Source: Schizochytrium sp. TIO01 (taxonomy: Eukaryota > Protista > Bigyra: Labyrinthulomycetes). From it: a stretch of 64,000 bases of DNA. Where the stretch lies: the NCBI GenBank assembly GCA_004764695.1, contig SMSO01000036.1:1922001-1986000 (forward strand), read 5' to 3'. A program made the translations under genes and the position numbers. Below the pieces are notes generated by a model, which worked only from the letters and a program-made list of their open reading frames with translations, ran no database searches and was not told the DNA's origin. Below are positions 58,598 through 64,000 of the stretch, piece after piece. Each line of letters opens with the position of its first letter. Position 1 is the first letter of the stretch.

Positions 58598-61500
58598 AGT
58601 GACGCATCGATTCGATGAAATGTGGTAGCTCATGATGGTGAACGCAATGGGTACGCCACGTTACTTCATCAACCACCTGAGCCTGCGCGAGTATGAAGCT
58701 GCACCCATATAGCTTGCTAGCTAGCTAGCTATTTGCACCGCTTATCACTTACTATCTTGCTTGCTTGAGACATGGCGCCGAGAGCACTCAGCAAGTTGAA
58801 GCAAGTTGAGTGATAGCTGTAGGTATCTATAGTTTGGGTTGTAGCATAGCCGACGCTATTCCGGTTGAAGCTGCCCATCCTGATAAATGAATGAAATGAC
58901 TGCACTCCAATTGATATCTTTCGCTGAGGTGAGTGAGCTGCCTGAGAGAGATTGGCTAACCTGGCTGCCAGCAGAGATTCGACTAAGCAGCTCAGGTTTT
59001 CACTCGACGATTCCATGTTACGAAGCAAGCAAGCATCACCGTGTTGGAAATACAAGAGTGGTACACGCTTCGAGTTGGGTAAGAAAAGCTCAAGCAAGCG
59101 AAACTAGGAGTTGGAAGTAGCGAGTACTCGTGGAAAGAATGAATGAATGAATGAATGATTGAATGAGTGGATGGATATTCAGAATACACACACCCAGATC
59201 AATGCGTGATTCCTTTGCCTGGATAATTTTGCCCAAATTCTCCATAGCGAGGTGCGCTCTCACAACTAGCCAGTCAGAGACAACTCCGAGAAGCCTTTAA
59301 GTTTGGGTAACAATTAAAAGCCAAAACATGCAATGACTCGCCTCTTACTGCACTCAACTGGTTGGTAGGTAGGTAGGAATCGTATCAAGTATCGAGGACC
59401 ACTGAGAGTCGAGAAATAATTATAGATTTTGAAGAATTAACACGCTCGCACTTTTCTTTTGCACGTCTAGGTACGGCACCATTTGACTCAGCACACCAGG
59501 ATCGTCACCGTTAGTCGGCGACGGTTCTTGGCGACAGGTTGAAGACAATTTAAGCTTCTGCCTCGAGCATGCATGCTGCACACTGAGCACGTTTTACTCA
59601 GTTCTTTTCTGAGCTTACTGGACTTCTGTGGCCCCTGAAAGGGTACTACCTAGATAGGTAGACCTAGGTACGCGCTGCCACTATAAAGCTTTCAGAAGCA
59701 CATGGAGAATCTGTGAGTCTTCTTTACCATATATATGTAGGTATGAAGGTAACAATACAGATACTGAAGACCGAAGAAAGCCTTTTGATTAATTAAATCC
59801 GGAGGTTGAAGCGGCTTGGGCCTTTATTTAGCAAAGGCCCAGCTCATGGCTCTTGCACAACATATAATGAACTAGGCAAAACTTCCACAGTCAGCGCAGG
59901 TTTCTTAGGGTTGCTTGTGCGGAGCTGATCACCGGTCATGACTGATTATTCCATGATGAAAAAGGCTATATATATATGCGTGTTTGTGTGATAGAGCAGC
60001 CATTACTTATTTGTTAAAAGATGTACAGTGGTGAATATAAGAAATTGGCGCTTTCTGATGCAAGCTCAAGGAAAAAAATGAAGCTCGCGGGGTGGAGAGA
60101 GAGCATCGGAGGAAATAGGGGCAAAACTCTAGTTTCCATCATAAAAACAATGTGTCAAGTTTTCTGATATGCGTTATATCGTATGTATGGGGCCGCTACG
60201 AGACATTTAGCTATGAAACTCGTTCTAAAGTTTATTTCTAATTATGATACGAACGCACAGTGTTGACTTTCCTCTACTTTCGCTATTAATAATCAAGCTA
60301 TTCACTCTCACTGGGTCTCCTTGTAGGGTATCAAATGTTTTTTTTTAGAATGGCGGAAAGGTACCTCTTGGGATAGGTTCTATGTGATTAGACATAGCAA
60401 TGCATTATAACTAATACCAAAAATTTGTGAACCTGGCAAAGCTAGGTTACTGCGCTTGAAGAACCAGAATAACATGGTGTAAAACAAGCAGATGAAAAGA
60501 GATTTTGAAAAGAAAGTGTCTCCTGGTTATTAGATATTGAATTAAGATTTAGTTACTTTACAAACGAAAATTTATTTCAGGAAACCAAGTAATTGGAGCA
60601 GCTTTCTCAATAATCTCTCAATACAGGCAAGAGAAATGGCCCCAAGGTTTGAATTTCCGATAACAAACAAGACATAACATCTACATCTGACCTATTCAAT
60701 CCAGTTGTAAGGATTAAATAAGAAATACCCTAGAGCGCGTCAGTATTTTGATAGGGAAATACATACTGATTCCACTACAAATTGTCCGGCGATTCACATT
60801 TTAAATAATGCAGCCCCTTTCTCCCTTTTGATCGTTGCCGTCTAAGTTCGCAGTCCTAGTAGCTGTGTCAGCATCAGTAGAGATCTTCTCAAAAAGAGTT
60901 CGGAATATGGCAAATCATATTTAAGAACCACTCCAATGGCTTGAAATGAGGTTTGCTTGAATAGCTCTTGTAAATGATTTCGAGTCGATAGATTCTTTAT
61001 GAGTGGGAAATTCAGAAGGAAAGTTGAAAAGTCTCAATGGATGGACATGCTTTTCTTGTAGGTTTGTTGAGTGAATGAATATCAATTCCACAGTCTAGAA
61101 GTGAACACAATTTGTACAGAGTTATTATGTTGGTTGTCAAATCTTCATAGCAGATTTTCAGTTATGCAAAGTAAATTTGAGTAGAAGTCGATGCTTTTAC
61201 TCAGATATCATATATTTAGGTAAAAGCTAGTGACTAAAAGTTCAGGATGTCAAGTTGAAATGGTTGCATAACTTTCATACATACATGACTTTTAGTGAAT
61301 TTAGAATCGAAAGCTTTACCAGGGCGTCTTTTTCAACTACGTTCCATACTAAATACACAAGTTATCCTAAATATGAGTTTTCCCTTTGTAGGAAGAGAGA
61401 GTTTTGCCAGCATAGCAGACCAGGGCCATGTGAGTGTCACGTACAGTTCCATTTTTTCATATCCGTGCAATTACAAGCAGAACGTGATAGAAGCGACAGT

Positions 61501-63784
61501 GGTTCTCATAAAGTCCTTGTCTGAAAATTAAGACTGTACAACTTGAGAAAATTGTTTTTAGTCGAACTCTCGGAGGATAGCTTAGAAGAAAATTGAAAGA
61601 AATATAGGACGAATTTGAAAGGGCTTGGGAGGGGTCCAAGCCAACGTATGGGCAAAACTGTGAGTGTAACTCAATCAACTTTAAAAAAAAAAAGGTGAGT
61701 TATACAGTTTAAAAACTATCTATTTGGAGATGGTTAGCGCGAAAGGTGCAAACTAGGTCCAGGCAATCGCAGGTCAAAGCATGACTAGCGAATATGCAAT
61801 GGCATTGCTAGAAAACAGAATGGGGCCAATACTTTGTAAATGAGAGTAAAATGTATAAGATCAATTTTGATGACACTTGCTATGTCATAGAGGATATTGA
61901 AAGTTGGGAGTTTCTGGGAAGGCTTTTGAACGTGACGGTGATGGCCTTATTTCTGCATGTAAGAGACCTGCGACTAAGAGTCATGTTGGACGAGATAGAT
62001 TTTCATAAAACACAGCATCTGCTTCAATTCGAAGTATTAGGATCTTACGACGTTCGGTATGAGTTTGGATTAAGCACCCCAAGAGGGAGTCAATCGAGCT
62101 TGCAAGCGACACGAGAGGAAGTTAATTAGGGTAGGTTTTGCTCATCAGCAAGTAATACTTGATATGATCAAGGATGCCTTGGCCATCATATTTATTCCCT
62201 CCAATCAGCGTTTAGTTTTGACAGTGCCGATTTATTTTGGCAACTGTGCCTTGGGGGAGCGACCAAAAAAAGGTTAGCCAGGCAGAGGCTGTACATCACC
62301 TTTTGAAGTAACAGTAAAGATCCTTATTTCTTGTTAAGAAGGTTGAAAGCATAGTTTAGTTTACAATGCTCAAGATAAGTGTTCTGGACTCGTGCAAAGT
62401 ATCATGACAGGCATTCCAGAATTATGTGGATCAAAGCACTTTTTATCCTCTCATTTGCTTGATATGTCTTTATACTATTTTCGAACAAAATCATTGAAGC
62501 AGAGAAATTGAAGTATTTGAGATTTCACTGAATGTAAGGAAATTGGTTTAAGCCAAAACATCTTTCAACTATGGACTATGCTGGGGAAAGCAAAGTTTGG
62601 TTCTAGCCTGTTTTGAAATTCTGAAAATTTGTAGTGGTATGGTAGTTCTTTTGCCAACATGGAAATCAGGATTTTAAAGAAACAGATGTTGTCAAGTTGA
62701 GCACCAGCTATGTTCTGACGCGATCAGCTGTCCGCGATACCACGGTAACCTATAATCACAGGCTCCCACGTCATAAAACACTGAAATGCCTTAGAAAAAG
62801 GGTACTCGCAACAAATATAGTCAAATCAACTCAGAGCCTCAGTGTAAAGAAAAAACTATTGCTAACCAAACTCGCAGGTTTTTGTACAGGCAATCAAGCT
62901 CATTTCTGTATTAGTCAGTAGATCATCTTGGACGAATCATATCTTTTGCATTCATTTCATTCCCACATTTCAAGCTGCTGGTTTGAAGATGTAAATGACT
63001 GGCGGTGCCTCTCTGTCCTATAAATAAGGACCATGCAGTCCCACATGCATTCTGGCCTTTTCACCATTCAATCATCTTGATTTTTTCTCCTGTACTCTGT
63101 CAAAGCTCGCTTGAAATCTCTGCCTGGTAGGTAGTAGAGCAGTAGCTGCTGCATACAATCATTAATTCTCTTCTCTTGAACCATTGTCAGCAATCTCACT
63201 ACTCGTTGCCCAACTTGGCCAAACTCCAGAACGATGAACCCTGAGCATCGAGCAGACCCCTATTAATCACTATATGACTCCTATACAAGTCGCTTGTGGC
63301 CACCCATCACTAATCATAAAGCAGTTCAATGGGCGATGAAAAGAGCAGAATAAATGTCTGGTTTGTGGGAGTGAAGATGAATGTCAACTGCTTCGCAGGT
63401 CGCGGCAGCCGAGGAGCTTGCACATAAGCATTCGCAGAACATGGTGACTTGCTGGGCCCAATGGTACCATGACTCGAAATGGCCCCGGCCGCAATGCACC
63501 TGATGTTTTTTCGATGATTTTGCACATCCTTTGATTTTTTTCATTCCCCATATTCCCAGTATTTAATCAATTTGCTAGCAGTTGATTGAATGGAATATGG
63601 TAAAACATAATGTAAATGAATGAATGAAGAAATAAAAGATCATATAAATCATAGAGGAACATAGCACAGAAACTGAGAATGGAAATGAATGGGTGAATGA
63701 GCTCGTGACAGAATCCCATCATCGCCCCGTCCACCCGACCATTTCATTCTCCAATCGCCGCGCCGTCGCGAGGTAGTTGCGAGC

Positions 63785-64000
63785 ATGGCTCGAGCGGGCA
63801 AGGCCAAGGGCCGCAAGGACCTTAGCGGCGCCTTCAACGCAAAGCACTCGCTTCGTGCGAGCGGCAAGGCAGCCTTGGGTGCCTCTCTTAAAAGCGGCGG
63901 CAAGAACAGCAACGCAGCGTCCAAGAATGTCGCCAAGAACGTCAAGATCAAGGCCAAGGCAGCTGCTTTGAGCAACCCTTTCGAGGAGCGTGACAACCGC
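63785..64000 (+). CDS. NOP14: 5' end of probable nucleolar protein 14 (truncated by window edge)
   Basis: ATG 63785 gives K/A-rich MARAGKAKGRK...SNPFEERDNR, open to the window end. NPFE..N is the Nop14 N-terminal motif. Confidence 0.6.
   Translation, partial: MARAGKAKGRKDLSGAFNAKHSLRASGKAALGASLKSGGKNSNAASKNVAKNVKIKAKAAALSNPFEERDNR

Overview
Eukaryotic nuclear DNA, gene-dense and intron-poor, with GT-AG introns and CTAAC/CTAAT branch points. The style suggests a stramenopile protist such as a thraustochytrid (inference only). There are about 14 intact protein genes. Recognisable ones: NCBP1/CBP80, MED7, Beclin-1/ATG6, eIF3b, a TM9SF protein and the 5' end of NOP14. Domain-level calls: a TPR protein, a 2259-aa IQ/WW/ankyrin protein, a myristoylated RING-H2 ligase, a coiled-coil protein, an FN3-WW-HECT ligase, a DysF-PH-PDZ protein, a flavin amine oxidase and an RNF168-like RING/MIU protein. 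BBS2 is broken by two 1-nt frameshifts, and a Crinkler-type nuclease-fold+kinase gene is pseudogenised. The most notable non-coding signals are: (1) a box H/ACA snoRNA in the eIF3b intron whose pocket exactly matches a conserved 18S rRNA site; (2) a second snoRNA-like hairpin array at ~47.0-47.3 kb; (3) two GC-rich, nested-helix islands of unknown class at ~8.3-8.5 kb and ~50.5-50.8 kb; and (4) a recurrent TAGGTA/TACCTA intergenic motif. All family assignments and rRNA targets come from motif recognition by eye and recalled reference sequences, not database searches. No CRISPR array, tRNA, rRNA or intact transposon was seen.
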